In this document: positions 17,188 through 27,403 of the stretch, one piece after another
How the letters are laid out: the number at the start of each line of letters is the position of its first letter
Numbering within the stretch: position 1 is the first letter of the stretch
Source: an uncultured Candidatus Saccharimonas sp.
GTDB taxonomy: Bacteria > Patescibacteriota > Saccharimonadia > Saccharimonadales > Saccharimonadaceae
Assembly (NCBI GenBank): GCA_964513425.1
Contig: CAZEME010000001.1
Location: 3,062-67,061, forward strand
Reading direction: 5' to 3'
Length of the DNA: 64,000 nucleotides
Notes under the pieces: generated by a model
Database searches by the model: none
The model's input: only the letters and a program-made list of their open reading frames with translations
Told to the model about the DNA's origin: nothing
Made by a program: the position numbers and the translations under genes

Positions 17188-18645
17188 TTAATTATATTGC
17201 CAGATACTATCTGCTTTGTTGTCTTTGATAGAGATACCTAACCCATTTAGCTGATGCCTGATAACGTCGGATTTTTTCCAATCTTGCTGAGATCGAGCTA
17301 TATTTCGTTGGATAATGAGTTGTTTAATATCATCAGAGATGTCTGGTGTAGTTTCTAGTAATTTAATACCAAGTAGGTTATCAATAATTTCTAGTAGATA
17401 AATGAATGAATCACGATTAATATCGTTTAGTTCGGAGTCAGCAATTCTGTTAAAGATATCATCGATAATCCTTAAGGCTTCTGGAGTATTAAGGTCATGG
17501 CTAACGGCTTCAATGATTGATTTTGTGGCCGTTAGTATACCAAGATCTTTCTTTTGACTATCACTTGGCTCTTGGTATTTGCTATGAATCTGATGTCTAA
17601 TAACAGCTATATTACGCCAGTTCTTAAGTCGATTAGCAGCTGCTGTTAATCCTTCGAAAGTAAAATTACCTTCCGTCCGGTAATGTCCTTGAAGAATGAA
17701 CAGGCGGAAGTCCATGGCCGAAAAACCATTCTCTTCGATATTCTCTAGGGTATAACCATTGCCCAGTGATTTACTAATTTTCTTTTTATTAGATTTAAGG
17801 AAGTTATTATGAAGCCAATAGTTAACGAATTTGGCACCATTGGCAGATTCAGATTGAGCAATTTCATTAGTATGGTGAACTGGTATAGCATCGATACCTC
17901 CAGTATGGATGTCGAGAGTGTCGCCCAAGAAGTTTTTAGCAATAGCTGAACATTCAAGATGCCAACCGGGAAAGCCCATGACGACTGTTTCGCTAGGACT
18001 ATCTAAAATGTCATTAGGAGTTGGCCATTCCATATCTCTTTTTTTATTATCGGGAGAGAACTTCCAGACGGCAAAGTCGGTTGGATTCTTTTTCTCCTTG
18101 TTAATATCTACTCTGGCGCCAGCTTTTAGGCTTTTAAGGTCTAACTTGGCAAAGTCAGCATAGTTTTTGAACTTGCTAGTATCAAAATAAATACCATCAG
18201 TTGTTTGATAGGTATAACCTTTTTGTTTCAAGGTTCGGATCATATCAATCTGTCGAGGTATAAAATCAGTAGCTCGAGCTATATATTTTGGCATAACTAG
18301 ATTTAGCTTTTTCATACCAATCAAAAAGTTATCGGTATAGAATTTAGCAATTTCCCAGGCATTTTTGCCCTCTTTCTCGGCTCTGACTTCTAGCTTGTCT
18401 TTGCCCTCGTCGGCATCGCTAGTTAAGTGGCCGACATCAGTAATATTCATAACCCTAGTAACTTGATAGTCGTTAATAGTCAACATTCTAACTAAGGTAT
18501 CCCAATAGATATAAGCCGACCAATTACCGATATGAGGATAATAGTAAACTGTTGGCCCACAAGTATAGATCGATACCTGGTTCTTTTTGATTGATATGAA
18601 TTCTTCGGTTTGCTTGGTTAGGCTGTTGTGTAGCTTTATTTTCAT
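17188..18645 (-). CDS. cysS: cysteine--tRNA ligase
   Basis: 485 aa. It has the HIGH region YTCGPTVYYYPHIGNW and KISKSLGN as the KMSKS motif. Confidence 0.95.
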   Translation of the reverse strand: MKIKLHNSLTKQTEEFISIKKNQVSIYTCGPTVYYYPHIGNWSAYIYWDTLVRMLTINDYQVTRVMNITDVGHLTSDADEGKDKLEVRAEKEGKNAWEIAKFYTDNFLIGMKKLNLVMPKYIARATDFIPRQIDMIRTLKQKGYTYQTTDGIYFDTSKFKNYADFAKLDLKSLKAGARVDINKEKKNPTDFAVWKFSPDNKKRDMEWPTPNDILDSPSETVVMGFPGWHLECSAIAKNFLGDTLDIHTGGIDAIPVHHTNEIAQSESANGAKFVNYWLHNNFLKSNKKKISKSLGNGYTLENIEENGFSAMDFRLFILQGHYRTEGNFTFEGLTAAANRLKNWRNIAVIRHQIHSKYQEPSDSQKKDLGILTATKSIIEAVSHDLNTPEALRIIDDIFNRIADSELNDINRDSFIYLLEIIDNLLGIKLLETTPDISDDIKQLIIQRNIARSQQDWKKSDVIRHQLNGLGISIKDNKADSIWQYN

Positions 18646-18646
18646 T

Positions 18647-19627
18647 TTAACCTTCTTTTATAGCTTTATCGGTAGCTTCTAATAATTCAGGGATAATAGT
18701 TTCAATTGACTCATGGACTCTAAAACCAGCGGCATATTGATGACCGCCACCACCAAAGAAACCAGCAATCTTGTCAGAGATTGGCAAGTTGCTACGTAAT
18801 TTGCCAGTTAGCTTGCCGTCTGGATAGGTTTTGATAGCTACTCCGACTTCGACCCCCTCAACTAGGCGCATTTCATCTAGGACTAACATGCTTGGATTAT
18901 ATTTATCACTATAGATCTGAATCTCTTCAAAAGGTATTCTGATTAAAGCTAATTTACCATCAAGATAATATTCGATTCTTTCTATTAGCTGTCCTTTATA
19001 ATGTAGGATTTCAGCCGATTTTTTCATGTATTCTCGACGTCTTAAATCGGTCTGATAATTGCTGGCTCCTAGCTCTGTTAATTTACCGGCTACAAAGAAT
19101 GTTTCTGGTGTAACACCTTTAACTGTTAAGCCTAAACTATCGCTCATAATAGCAACCAGTAGATTTTCGGCTGCCATTTGATTGATAGACCATTTATTAT
19201 GGCTAGCTAATCTGTAAACTATTTCACCAGTAGCAATAGCTGATTCATCATTCAATAGTTGATGAGGAAAATCTAACTTTGATTCGCCATTATGATGATC
19301 AATAACTATGACTGGCTGATGGTTGAGAAAGTTTTTTGCTTCTGGTTTCTCGAGTACTTTAGATAATAGGACGTCAGCCGTCGTATCAACTATGATAGCT
19401 AGATCAGCTGAACTATCAAAGTCACTCACTACCCTATCCCAGCCAGTAATGTAATGCATATATTTAGGTATATCGACTGGACAATATAGGACAACTTCTT
19501 TGCCTAGGTCGCCAAGAATTTCTTCTAAGGCTAGAGCGCTACCTAAAGAATCGCCATCTGGATTTTCAGCTTGGATAATGATTATCTTATTAGCTGAATC
19601 AATTAATTTGGTAATCTTTTCCATCAT
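18647..19627 (-). CDS. nrnA: DHH/DHHA1 phosphoesterase (NrnA-like oligoribonuclease/pAp phosphatase)
   Basis: Motifs DGDSLGSALAL, VIDHHNG and GGGGHQYAAG. Confidence 0.8.
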   Translation of the reverse strand: MMEKITKLIDSANKIIIIQAENPDGDSLGSALALEEILGDLGKEVVLYCPVDIPKYMHYITGWDRVVSDFDSSADLAIIVDTTADVLLSKVLEKPEAKNFLNHQPVIVIDHHNGESKLDFPHQLLNDESAIATGEIVYRLASHNKWSINQMAAENLLVAIMSDSLGLTVKGVTPETFFVAGKLTELGASNYQTDLRRREYMKKSAEILHYKGQLIERIEYYLDGKLALIRIPFEEIQIYSDKYNPSMLVLDEMRLVEGVEVGVAIKTYPDGKLTGKLRSNLPISDKIAGFFGGGGHQYAAGFRVHESIETIIPELLEATDKAIKEG

Positions 19628-19629
19628 AT

Positions 19630-20244
19630 TTAAAAATCTCTTCTGCCTTCTAGGGCATGAGTTAATGTTATCTGACTAGCATACTCTAGGTCAACCCCAG
19701 CGGGTATGCCACGAGCTAATCTAGTGATTTTAAGCTTAAGGTTACCATCAATAATGGCTTTTTGTAAGAAGATAGCGGTTGACTCACCTTCTACGCTAGC
19801 ATTAGTAGCAATAATTACTTCTTTGACTTTATCTTGTTTAATCCGTTTAATTAATTCCGGGATATGGAGCTGGTCAGGGCCGACACCATCAATAGGGCTA
19901 ATAACTCCACCTAGGACATGATAAGTACCCTGGTAGTGACCAGTTTTTTCGATTGATATTATATCCAGAGGTTCTTCTACTACGGCTATTAATGATTTGT
20001 CTCTGCTTTGGTCACTATAAAGTGGCGATATGTCATCTTTCTTATCAATTAGAGCAAAAGTAATTGGACAGCTTTTAACATTGTCATGTAGATTATCAAT
20101 AGCTTTAGCTAATTGTTGACTAGTATTTTTATTGCTCTTAAGTAAAAAGTAAGCATATCTTTCAGCTGTTCTCTCACCAACTCCAGGTAGACGCCCAATT
20201 GCTTCAATGGCGTTAAGCAGTGCTGTCGGTAAAAGTTGTGCCAA
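19630..20244 (-). CDS. recR: recombination protein RecR (zinc-finger cysteines largely missing)
   Basis: N-terminal HhH region LPGVGERTAERYA and Toprim region YHVLGGVISP. Only one Cys remains where the C4 finger normally sits. Confidence 0.88.
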   Translation of the reverse strand: MAQLLPTALLNAIEAIGRLPGVGERTAERYAYFLLKSNKNTSQQLAKAIDNLHDNVKSCPITFALIDKKDDISPLYSDQSRDKSLIAVVEEPLDIISIEKTGHYQGTYHVLGGVISPIDGVGPDQLHIPELIKRIKQDKVKEVIIATNASVEGESTAIFLQKAIIDGNLKLKITRLARGIPAGVDLEYASQITLTHALEGRRDF

Positions 20245-20253
20245 GGTAAATCC

Positions 20254-20544
20254 CTATAAGCCTAGCTTGCCTAATCCACCCATTAGAGGTTTCATTTTTT
20301 CGGCGGCTATCTCTTGAGCTTTAGCTAGACCATCGCGAACAGCGATTTCTAGCCAGTGCTCTAGTTCTTCAATATCTTCTAGGTCAACTCTTTCTGGGTC
20401 AATTTTAAATTTTTTAATTTTTAATTCACCGCTAATTTGAACAATGACGGCGCCATCACCTGCTTCAACTTCTACGATTTCTTTTTTTAGCTCATTTTGG
20501 GCCTTACGCAGGTCATTCATCATTTTGATTTGGTCAAATGCCAT
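20254..20544 (-). CDS. ybaB: YbaB/EbfC nucleoid-associated protein
   Basis: 96 aa in the conserved dnaX-ybaB-recR neighbourhood, with a characteristic M..MMK.aQ N terminus. Confidence 0.85.
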   Translation of the reverse strand: MAFDQIKMMNDLRKAQNELKKEIVEVEAGDGAVIVQISGELKIKKFKIDPERVDLEDIEELEHWLEIAVRDGLAKAQEIAAEKMKPLMGGLGKLGL

Positions 20545-20589
20545 TACTTACTCCTTTTCATTTATTGTTTAGCTAGCTACTATTATACT

Positions 20590-22017
20590 TTAATTAGCGG
20601 TCTTTTTATATAAGTAAAAACGATCACTATTATCTTTAAATGAAGAAGTTATAATGTGATCAATTTTATAGCCAGTATAATTTTTCTTAGCTTGTCTGGT
20701 AGCCCAGAAATAATCAGTTGTGGGCTTGGTCGATATAATAATACTTTTATTATATTTGGTTATTACTTCGAAGAAAGGTTTTTCAGCTTGGCTGACGACA
20801 AGGTATTTTGGGCCATCATTAACTATATTCAGATCACGCGAAAAGCTACTAGCTAATTTTGGCTCATAAGTATAACTATAAATGTGACGATCAAGACCAG
20901 ATAATACTAGGACTGATATTAGAACAGTCAGTGGTATTAGACCACCAATCCGAGCATAAGGGTTCCTAGGAAATAATTTATACCAATAAGACAAGATAAA
21001 ATTTAGACCAGAAGCTAGTAATAGTAATATTGGTAAGAATGTCACACTAGTAAAACTCGGGTTAATGATAATAATCGGTATGATACAGACTATCCAAAAA
21101 ATAATTAAATAGTTCTTTGAGGTAAATCTTTCTTTGTAAACTATTGAGACACCTATAAAGACCATCAACATAGAACTTAGCTCGTAAAAAGGTGTCATTA
21201 AGATTGATTCGCTAGCCTTTGTAAAACTAAAATAGTGTGACCAGAGAGTTTTTAGATTATCCGATATATTAGGTATAACTGATGGTATCCCCAATAACTC
21301 GGATATTAACTTTGGTTGATTAGCTACTAGGAGTATGAGAGGTAGAGATAGCAAAATAGCCATAATAATACCTATTATAAGCTTAGACTTTGGCAGGTTT
21401 TTAACTGTATAGCGCAAGTGAGGATGGAATAGGACAGAGAATATGATGGCTAGGATGACATATAGGCTGAGAGGGGTATAAAGGCTCAAGAAAGCGGTGG
21501 CATAGAAGGCTATGATATAAAGCAATCGGTGCTTTACTTGGCTAACAATCAGACTGGCTAATAGAATTAGCCAAACAGCCCAAAAGATATACATAATGCC
21601 AGGAGTGCCATCCTGAGCAAAGAAGATAAAGCGACTGGTTGAGACAGCTATCAATGAGGCTAAGACTCCGATACTTGGCTTAAACCAGCGCCTAAGCAAT
21701 AGAACTATACCAACAGCTGAGAAAAAAGCTAAAATAGCTGACGGTAATTTGATAGCTAAGAGATTGGCATTAAAGATACTAAGACTAGCTTTCTGGAGAA
21801 GATGGTAAGGTAAGTTGGCTATAGCTAAAGAATCAATATTATTAAAATCGATATTACCACTAGTAATGACAGCTCTAATTTCCTGTTCGGAGATACCACC
21901 CGGGTAATAAAGACAAGATATTAAAAGAACAGTAATTAAGCTAATTGCAAATAATCCATAGCCTAAAATAAAGCGATGTTTATAGATAAATGTTTCATTC
22001 AAACTAAACTTGCCCAT
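20590..22017 (-). CDS. polytopic membrane protein, possibly a GT-C type (PMT/ArnT-like) glycosyltransferase
   Basis: 475 aa with more than 10 predicted TM segments by hydrophobic runs and a soluble C-terminal tail. The family call is weak. Confidence 0.45.
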   Translation of the reverse strand: MGKFSLNETFIYKHRFILGYGLFAISLITVLLISCLYYPGGISEQEIRAVITSGNIDFNNIDSLAIANLPYHLLQKASLSIFNANLLAIKLPSAILAFFSAVGIVLLLRRWFKPSIGVLASLIAVSTSRFIFFAQDGTPGIMYIFWAVWLILLASLIVSQVKHRLLYIIAFYATAFLSLYTPLSLYVILAIIFSVLFHPHLRYTVKNLPKSKLIIGIIMAILLSLPLILLVANQPKLISELLGIPSVIPNISDNLKTLWSHYFSFTKASESILMTPFYELSSMLMVFIGVSIVYKERFTSKNYLIIFWIVCIIPIIIINPSFTSVTFLPILLLLASGLNFILSYWYKLFPRNPYARIGGLIPLTVLISVLVLSGLDRHIYSYTYEPKLASSFSRDLNIVNDGPKYLVVSQAEKPFFEVITKYNKSIIISTKPTTDYFWATRQAKKNYTGYKIDHIITSSFKDNSDRFYLYKKTAN

Positions 22018-22045
22018 GGCTATTATTAATTATAACATTAAATTA

Positions 22046-23395
22046 TTAGTCGTCGTGTTTACGATCGAGGGAAACGAAACGCAATAACTTTGGATGGAAG
22101 TAAAGCTCAACTTTACCGACTGGTCCGTTTCGGTGTTTAGCTAAGATTAGATCAGTTATATTCTCTCGTTCGGTCTCTGGGTTATAATAGGCTTCTCGAT
22201 AAATGAACATGACAATATCGGCATCTTGCTCAATCGAACCTGATTCTCTTAAGTCGGCTAATTGTGGTATTTGGGGGCTTCTAGCCTCGACTGAACGAGA
22301 TAACTGGCTACAAGCAATAACAGGTACATTTAATTCCCTAGCAATCAGCTTTAAGCCTCTAGATATTTCACTAACTTCTTGGACACGATTACCATAGTTT
22401 TGGCCACTAGCTTGCATTAATTGTAGATAGTCAACGATGATTAGCCCGAGAGGGTGCTCATGCATAGCTCGGCGGGCTTTGGTGCGCATTTCTAGGACAG
22501 ATAGACCGGGTGTATCGTCAAAATAAATTGGGGTTTCAGCTAATTCACCCATAGCTTCAGATATTTTACCGAAATCATCATCAGACAGATTACCGGTGCG
22601 GATATTCCAGGCTTCAACGCCTGAGGCATCGGATAGCATACGATCGACTAATTGTTCTTTGCTCATCTCAAGGCTGAAGAATAGGACAGGTTGTTTAGCA
22701 GCTGTAGCTACGTTATAGGCCAAGTTGGTTACTAAAGTTGTTTTTCCCATAGCTGGTCGGGCAGCTAAGATAATTAAGTCACTCTTTTGAAAACCAGCTG
22801 TCATATTATCTAGGTCACGATAGCCGGTTTTGACACCTCGTAAAGCCCCTTTATTGCGATGTAGCTCTTCCATACGATCGAAACTATCGTTAAGAATGCT
22901 TTCAATACTGACTAGATCTTGTTTTAACGACTGATCACTAACTGAGAATATCTCAGCTTCAGCTTTGCCGAGTAACTCTTCGGTAGAAGTCTCTTCGTTA
23001 TAGCCTAATTCGGATATCTCAGTACTAGCTTTGATTAAACGACGTCTAACAGCTTTTTGGGCTACTAGTTCAGCATAGGCTTCAGCATGAGCTGAAGTTG
23101 GCACATAGTTAGTTAATTCTGTTAGATAAGCTGAGCCACCGATTAGATCTAGTTCTTTTTTGCGTTTTAATTCATCAGTTAGAGTCAATAAATCGACTGG
23201 TCGATGCTTCTCATAAAGACGCATAATGGCACCATAGATAATACCATGTCGCCTTTCGTAGAAATCTTTAGCAGTGACATGCTCACTTATATCAGCTAGA
23301 GTTTCTTCATCAATTAAAACTGATCCTAGTAAGCTCTTTTCGGCATCTAGGTTCTGGGGTGGGACTTTGGCAGCAATAACCTCTTCTTTAACCAT
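22046..23395 (-). CDS. dnaB: replicative DNA helicase
   Basis: 449 aa. PPQNLDAEKSLLGS at the N terminus, Walker A ARPAMGKTT and the RecA-like C-domain. Confidence 0.95.
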   Translation of the reverse strand: MVKEEVIAAKVPPQNLDAEKSLLGSVLIDEETLADISEHVTAKDFYERRHGIIYGAIMRLYEKHRPVDLLTLTDELKRKKELDLIGGSAYLTELTNYVPTSAHAEAYAELVAQKAVRRRLIKASTEISELGYNEETSTEELLGKAEAEIFSVSDQSLKQDLVSIESILNDSFDRMEELHRNKGALRGVKTGYRDLDNMTAGFQKSDLIILAARPAMGKTTLVTNLAYNVATAAKQPVLFFSLEMSKEQLVDRMLSDASGVEAWNIRTGNLSDDDFGKISEAMGELAETPIYFDDTPGLSVLEMRTKARRAMHEHPLGLIIVDYLQLMQASGQNYGNRVQEVSEISRGLKLIARELNVPVIACSQLSRSVEARSPQIPQLADLRESGSIEQDADIVMFIYREAYYNPETERENITDLILAKHRNGPVGKVELYFHPKLLRFVSLDRKHDD

Positions 23396-23401
23396 CTTTT
23401 C

Positions 23402-24808
23402 TTATACGGACTCTAACGAAACCTCTTCTCCTCCACCCATAATAGCAACAATAGCGGCTGCTTGGCTATCCTTAGGTGGAGGAGCTGTGGCTATCGTGTG
23501 GATATCTAGATCAGGTTGACCGATAGAAGCAAGACATTGGCTAAGGACTGGTCGGTATTTATTATCATCTAACTTCTTTTTATAAAATTTATTACCGGTA
23601 TAAATAGTTAAAGTGTTGTCTTCTAGCTGGTAATGACACTTCGATAAAACACTATAGACGGCTACGTGGTTTGCTTTAGCATAATCAATCAGTTTATCTT
23701 GGTCAAAACAGCCTTCTTGAGGCTCTTCTTTATCTTTAATCTCGATTATTTCGTCACTTGGTTGATCTTCGGTGACTTTTTTGGCGAGATCAGTAAGAGG
23801 CGCTTTAATCTCTTCTGTTTTAACACTTAGAGCTATTGTTTTACTAGCTAGATTAGATACGGCTTTTTTGTATAGAATACATAATAGTTTCAGGTCAGGA
23901 TTAGAATTTCTATCGATGGTGATTAACTGATCTAATAGATCGATTAAGTCAGGTCTATCAACAATCTGTTGACGAATAGAATCGATCAGCTGGTCAATCA
24001 AGACGCTAGCTGAGACTCCTTCATTAATAGATTGGTTTAGAATGTTGACAATTTGTTTGCTATCGTGGTTATCTATATTCTTAATTATTTGGTCTACGGT
24101 TTCCAGAGGAGCTAGCCCAAGGGTTTGCTCGACTAATTGAGTGGTGATAGCTTGTTTAGAATCTTGTCCAACTAGATTAGACATCTGGTCAAGCAAGCTA
24201 ATACTGTCTCTGAAACTGCCATCACTTCTTTTGGCAATAATTTTTAAGGCTTCATCTTCAATTTTGATTTTCTCTTTTTTAGCAATATCTTTTAGATGGT
24301 TAACAGCGTCTTCTATTAAAATTGGTCTAAAGCTAAAACGCTGGGTGCGGCTCAGGATAGTAGCTGGTAATTTCTCAGCATTAGTAGTGGCTAATATGAA
24401 GATGACGTGCTCTGGTGGCTCCTCAAGGGTCTTCAGTAGAGCATTAAAGGCTGGTTTAGATAACATATGGACTTCATCAATGATATATATCTTTTTACTA
24501 GCCGAAACAGGGGCAATTTGAACTTTTTCGCGTAAATCTCTAACATCATCTACCCCATTGTTACTAGCAGCATCTATCTCGATAATATCTAGATGGTTTG
24601 ATTCTTCTTCGTATGGAAGATTATTTATAGCATGAGCTAGTATTCTAGCTACAGAAGTTTTGCCTACACCTCTTGGGCCAGTTAATAAATAAGCATGAGA
24701 AATACTATTTTGACTAATAGCTCTGGCTAGTATGTCGGTTATATGTTTTTGACCAATAATTTCATCAAGTGATTTAGAACGATATTTACGATATAACGCC
24801 TTAGACAT
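23402..24808 (-). CDS. dnaX: DNA polymerase III subunit gamma/tau
   Basis: 468 aa. LYRKYRSKSLDEIIGQ, GPRGVGKTS, IIDEVHMLS and SRTQRFSF. Confidence 0.92.
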   Translation of the reverse strand: MSKALYRKYRSKSLDEIIGQKHITDILARAISQNSISHAYLLTGPRGVGKTSVARILAHAINNLPYEEESNHLDIIEIDAASNNGVDDVRDLREKVQIAPVSASKKIYIIDEVHMLSKPAFNALLKTLEEPPEHVIFILATTNAEKLPATILSRTQRFSFRPILIEDAVNHLKDIAKKEKIKIEDEALKIIAKRSDGSFRDSISLLDQMSNLVGQDSKQAITTQLVEQTLGLAPLETVDQIIKNIDNHDSKQIVNILNQSINEGVSASVLIDQLIDSIRQQIVDRPDLIDLLDQLITIDRNSNPDLKLLCILYKKAVSNLASKTIALSVKTEEIKAPLTDLAKKVTEDQPSDEIIEIKDKEEPQEGCFDQDKLIDYAKANHVAVYSVLSKCHYQLEDNTLTIYTGNKFYKKKLDDNKYRPVLSQCLASIGQPDLDIHTIATAPPPKDSQAAAIVAIMGGGEEVSLESV

Positions 24809-24992
24809 ATTTTACCTCATCTCCCCTAACAACAATTATACGTAATATTGCGTTATAAAGTTGTCGTAGTTTTTACTTTTTTTGTTTTCACCTCTTAGTG
24901 ATATGTCTATTATAGCGCTAATGATTAAAAACACAATACTAAAAAAGTAGCTCTATCTAAGCTGGCTGTTTTTATTTAATAAAAGATTAATC

Positions 24993-25514
24993 TTATAGAG
25001 CAGCTTCGACTGCAGCCCAGATAGCATCTGGGTTGTCAGCTGGGATAATAATAGTAACTTGGTCGCCAGTATTGAGCTTAAAGTAGGTCACACTAGCTAG
25101 TAGAATTCGATATTCGTGACCGCTAGCCTCAACATAATAGAGTCCATCATGTTGGACTAAGGTGCCGATAATTTGTCTTCTTTCGACTGGGCTAATTTGT
25201 TTATAGATAAAGCTACCATCTTCGGTAATAGTTAGCTTTAAGATGTCGCCTTCAACTAGTTTTGACTTACTAGCATAATTAGCTGGTACTGGGTATTCTT
25301 TACCGTCAGGGCCGGCCATTTTTTGACCATCAAAAATACCTTCCACTACTTTGCCACTAATATCTTCCTCGTTTATATTATTTCGTGGGGTGATAATAGA
25401 ACCATCATCACCTAAGATACTAATTAATAACTCTTTAGCGGCTGCTAAATTAGTCTCAGCTTCTTGGATTAAACTGTGTAGTCTTTTAACTTGTTTTTCT
25501 GGTAATTCAGACAT
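24993..25514 (-). CDS. hypothetical protein
   Basis: 173 aa counted from the ATG preceded by AAAGGAA. The track ORF starts at an upstream TTG (25526). I recognise no family. Confidence 0.55.
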   Translation of the reverse strand: MSELPEKQVKRLHSLIQEAETNLAAAKELLISILGDDGSIITPRNNINEEDISGKVVEGIFDGQKMAGPDGKEYPVPANYASKSKLVEGDILKLTITEDGSFIYKQISPVERRQIIGTLVQHDGLYYVEASGHEYRILLASVTYFKLNTGDQVTIIIPADNPDAIWAAVEAAL

Positions 25515-25635
25515 AGTAACTCGCAATTCCTTTGTCTATTTTTGTAGTAATATCAATCTATATATACCAATTATCTTGACAGTTGTCAATGATAATCTGA
25601 TATTCTTGGTTGCTTAACTAGTCTTTGTTCTAAGA

Positions 25636-25675
25636 TTAAAAAATAGATTAGACTCATCAGGATGATGAGTCTAAT
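25636..25675 (-). terminator. strong intrinsic terminator
   Basis: 12-13 bp perfect stem attagactcatc/gatgagtctaat, followed on the minus strand by cuauuuuuu. Confidence 0.7.
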
Positions 25676-25692
25676 TGGTTATTTGATGGCGC

Positions 25693-26007
25693 TTATCCGA
25701 GCCCTTTCAGGGTTCTTAGGATGTTCAAAGAGCTCAAGAATGGAGCACATCTTTTGCTGTACTGGCAATGCCAGCATTTTTTTATTGAGGCTTCTTTTGC
25801 CTCAATAAGTTGGTACCTGAAGATAGGTTCTTTTCTAGCTGTCTGGAAGCTTTCAAAGTCACTCTCTACGACAAAGAGTGCTCCTTGAGGTAGCGGTCCT
25901 TTTGATTCCCTGGCTTTCTTGCGACAGGACATTAATTCATAGAACCTCTGATCTACGTAAAAGCTTTCGTGCTTTTGCGGATCATGATGGATCAGCAGCT
26001 TTTCCAT
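25693..26007 (-). CDS. hypothetical protein (orphan, own promoter and terminator)
   Basis: 104 aa counted from the ATG 6 nt after AGAGGTGA. Visibly more G+C than its flanks. No recognisable domain. Confidence 0.45.
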   Translation of the reverse strand: MEKLLIHHDPQKHESFYVDQRFYELMSCRKKARESKGPLPQGALFVVESDFESFQTARKEPIFRYQLIEAKEASIKKCWHCQYSKRCAPFLSSLNILRTLKGLG

Positions 26008-26163
26008 TCTTTTCACCTCTTTTTAACCAATACTAAGATTCAAAAGAATCTTGCACTTGTTATTATATAACATATATTACTTTATATCAATGTAATTCAG
26101 CTTTTCCACAATCATTTATGGGATAAAGCTTAAAACGTTGTAAATTTTGTTTATTCATTAATA

Positions 26164-26193
26164 ACAAAAATACCGCCAAATATTTGACGGTAT
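26164..26193 (-). terminator. intrinsic terminator after rplL
   Basis: The minus-strand hairpin auaccgucaa-auau-uuggcgguau (one G-U pair) is followed by uuuuguuauu. Confidence 0.6.
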
Positions 26194-26231
26194 TTTCTAC
26201 TATTTGATCGAACTTTATTACTAATTTATAT

Positions 26232-26636
26232 TTATACTAATTCAACAGTTGCGCCAGCTTCCTCTAGAAGTTTTTTAGCATTGTCAGCTTCTTCTTTAGT
26301 AGCTTTTTCTTTAACAACTGATGGGGCGCTATCGATGATAGCCTTAGCTTCACCTAGACCTAGTCCAGTGATTTCTTTAACAGCTTTAATAGCGGCAACT
26401 TTTTGGCTACCAGCATCTGTTAGCTTAATAGTGAACTCATTTTTTTCTTCAGCAGCAGCTGGGGCACCGGCATCGGCAGCAGGAGCTGCAGCAACGGCAG
26501 CAGGAGCAGCGGCGCTTACGCCCCACTCGCCTTCCAGGTGCTTTACGATTTGGCTCAGCTCAAGAGCTGAAAGTTTATTTAGCTCGTCAACGATTTTGAT
26601 TTGAGCAGCGGATAGCTTGATTTCTGTATCAGCCAT
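26232..26636 (-). CDS. rplL: 50S ribosomal protein L7/L12
   Basis: 134 aa with an Ala-rich hinge and a C-terminal domain ending KKLLEEAGATVELV. Confidence 0.95.
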   Translation of the reverse strand: MADTEIKLSAAQIKIVDELNKLSALELSQIVKHLEGEWGVSAAAPAAVAAAPAADAGAPAAAEEKNEFTIKLTDAGSQKVAAIKAVKEITGLGLGEAKAIIDSAPSVVKEKATKEEADNAKKLLEEAGATVELV

Positions 26637-26691
26637 AATTTATTTCTCCTTTTATTTAGAAATTAATAGTTATTTTTAATTGATTACAAAA

Positions 26692-27219
26692 TTATAATGA
26701 TTCTGCATGTTTTGATAAGACTTGGACTAGACCACGCTGTGTTCCACTAGTAACAGACAAAAAGCCTGACAATGGAGCAGCCATGACACTAACTAGTTGA
26801 CCACGTAGTTGATCTTTAGTAGGTAGATTAGATATAGCGTTAACCGTGTCAGCATCAAGTGAGATGCCAGTATTATCAAAACCAACTATCAGCTTTAAGG
26901 CTGGATGTGATTTTGAGAATTTGGCTAAGACTTGGGCTGGGGCGACTTCATCTTCATTAGAAAAAGCATAGACTAATTGACCAGTTAGGCCTTTAGTTTC
27001 GGCTTTTTTAAACTTATCACTATTTTCTAAGGCTACTTTAACTAAACGGTTCTTAACAACCTTAATAGCTATGTTGTTTTTGCGGGCTTCGGCACGTAAT
27101 GATTGCATGTCAGCTACATTAAGGCCGTTATAAGCAGCTCCAACTATACCTTTAGCATTAGTAAACAAATCAGTTAATTCTGTAACCAAAGCTTTCTTTT
27201 TATCGCGTGATATTGCCAT
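26692..27219 (-). CDS. rplJ: 50S ribosomal protein L10
   Basis: 175 aa in the rplJ-rplL order, with a typical L10 N-terminal sequence. Confidence 0.95.
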   Translation of the reverse strand: MAISRDKKKALVTELTDLFTNAKGIVGAAYNGLNVADMQSLRAEARKNNIAIKVVKNRLVKVALENSDKFKKAETKGLTGQLVYAFSNEDEVAPAQVLAKFSKSHPALKLIVGFDNTGISLDADTVNAISNLPTKDQLRGQLVSVMAAPLSGFLSVTSGTQRGLVQVLSKHAESL

Positions 27220-27284
27220 AAAAATCCTTTCTTTGATTATTGTTCGACCAAATTGTTAATGTTCTAGACAGTGGCGAAGGAAAC

Positions 27285-27388
27285 AAAAAAGTCTTTGGTT
27301 CTCGCACTGCCAAAGACTAAGATCGAAAAATGTTTTTATACACTGTCCTCGGTAGCAAATTAAGTGTTTTCACAGCTACTGTCTTTGG
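27285..27388 (-). promoter_or_regulatory. rplJ leader with alternative antiterminator/terminator helices (L10-leader-like attenuator)
   Basis: The minus-strand order is CCAAAGAC (27388-27381), GUCUUUGG (27317-27310), CCAAAGAC (27298-27291), then U6. The middle segment can pair with either flank. The downstream pairing makes a hairpin plus U-tract. Confidence 0.5.
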
Positions 27389-27403
27389 TAATGTCTATCA
27401 AAA

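Noticed and set aside
24809-24992. Possible SRP RNA (ffs) upstream of dnaX, as in some Gram-positive bacteria
   Set aside because: The interval is AT-rich, lacks the conserved domain IV motif and shows only weak hairpins. It probably holds just the dnaX promoter and SD.
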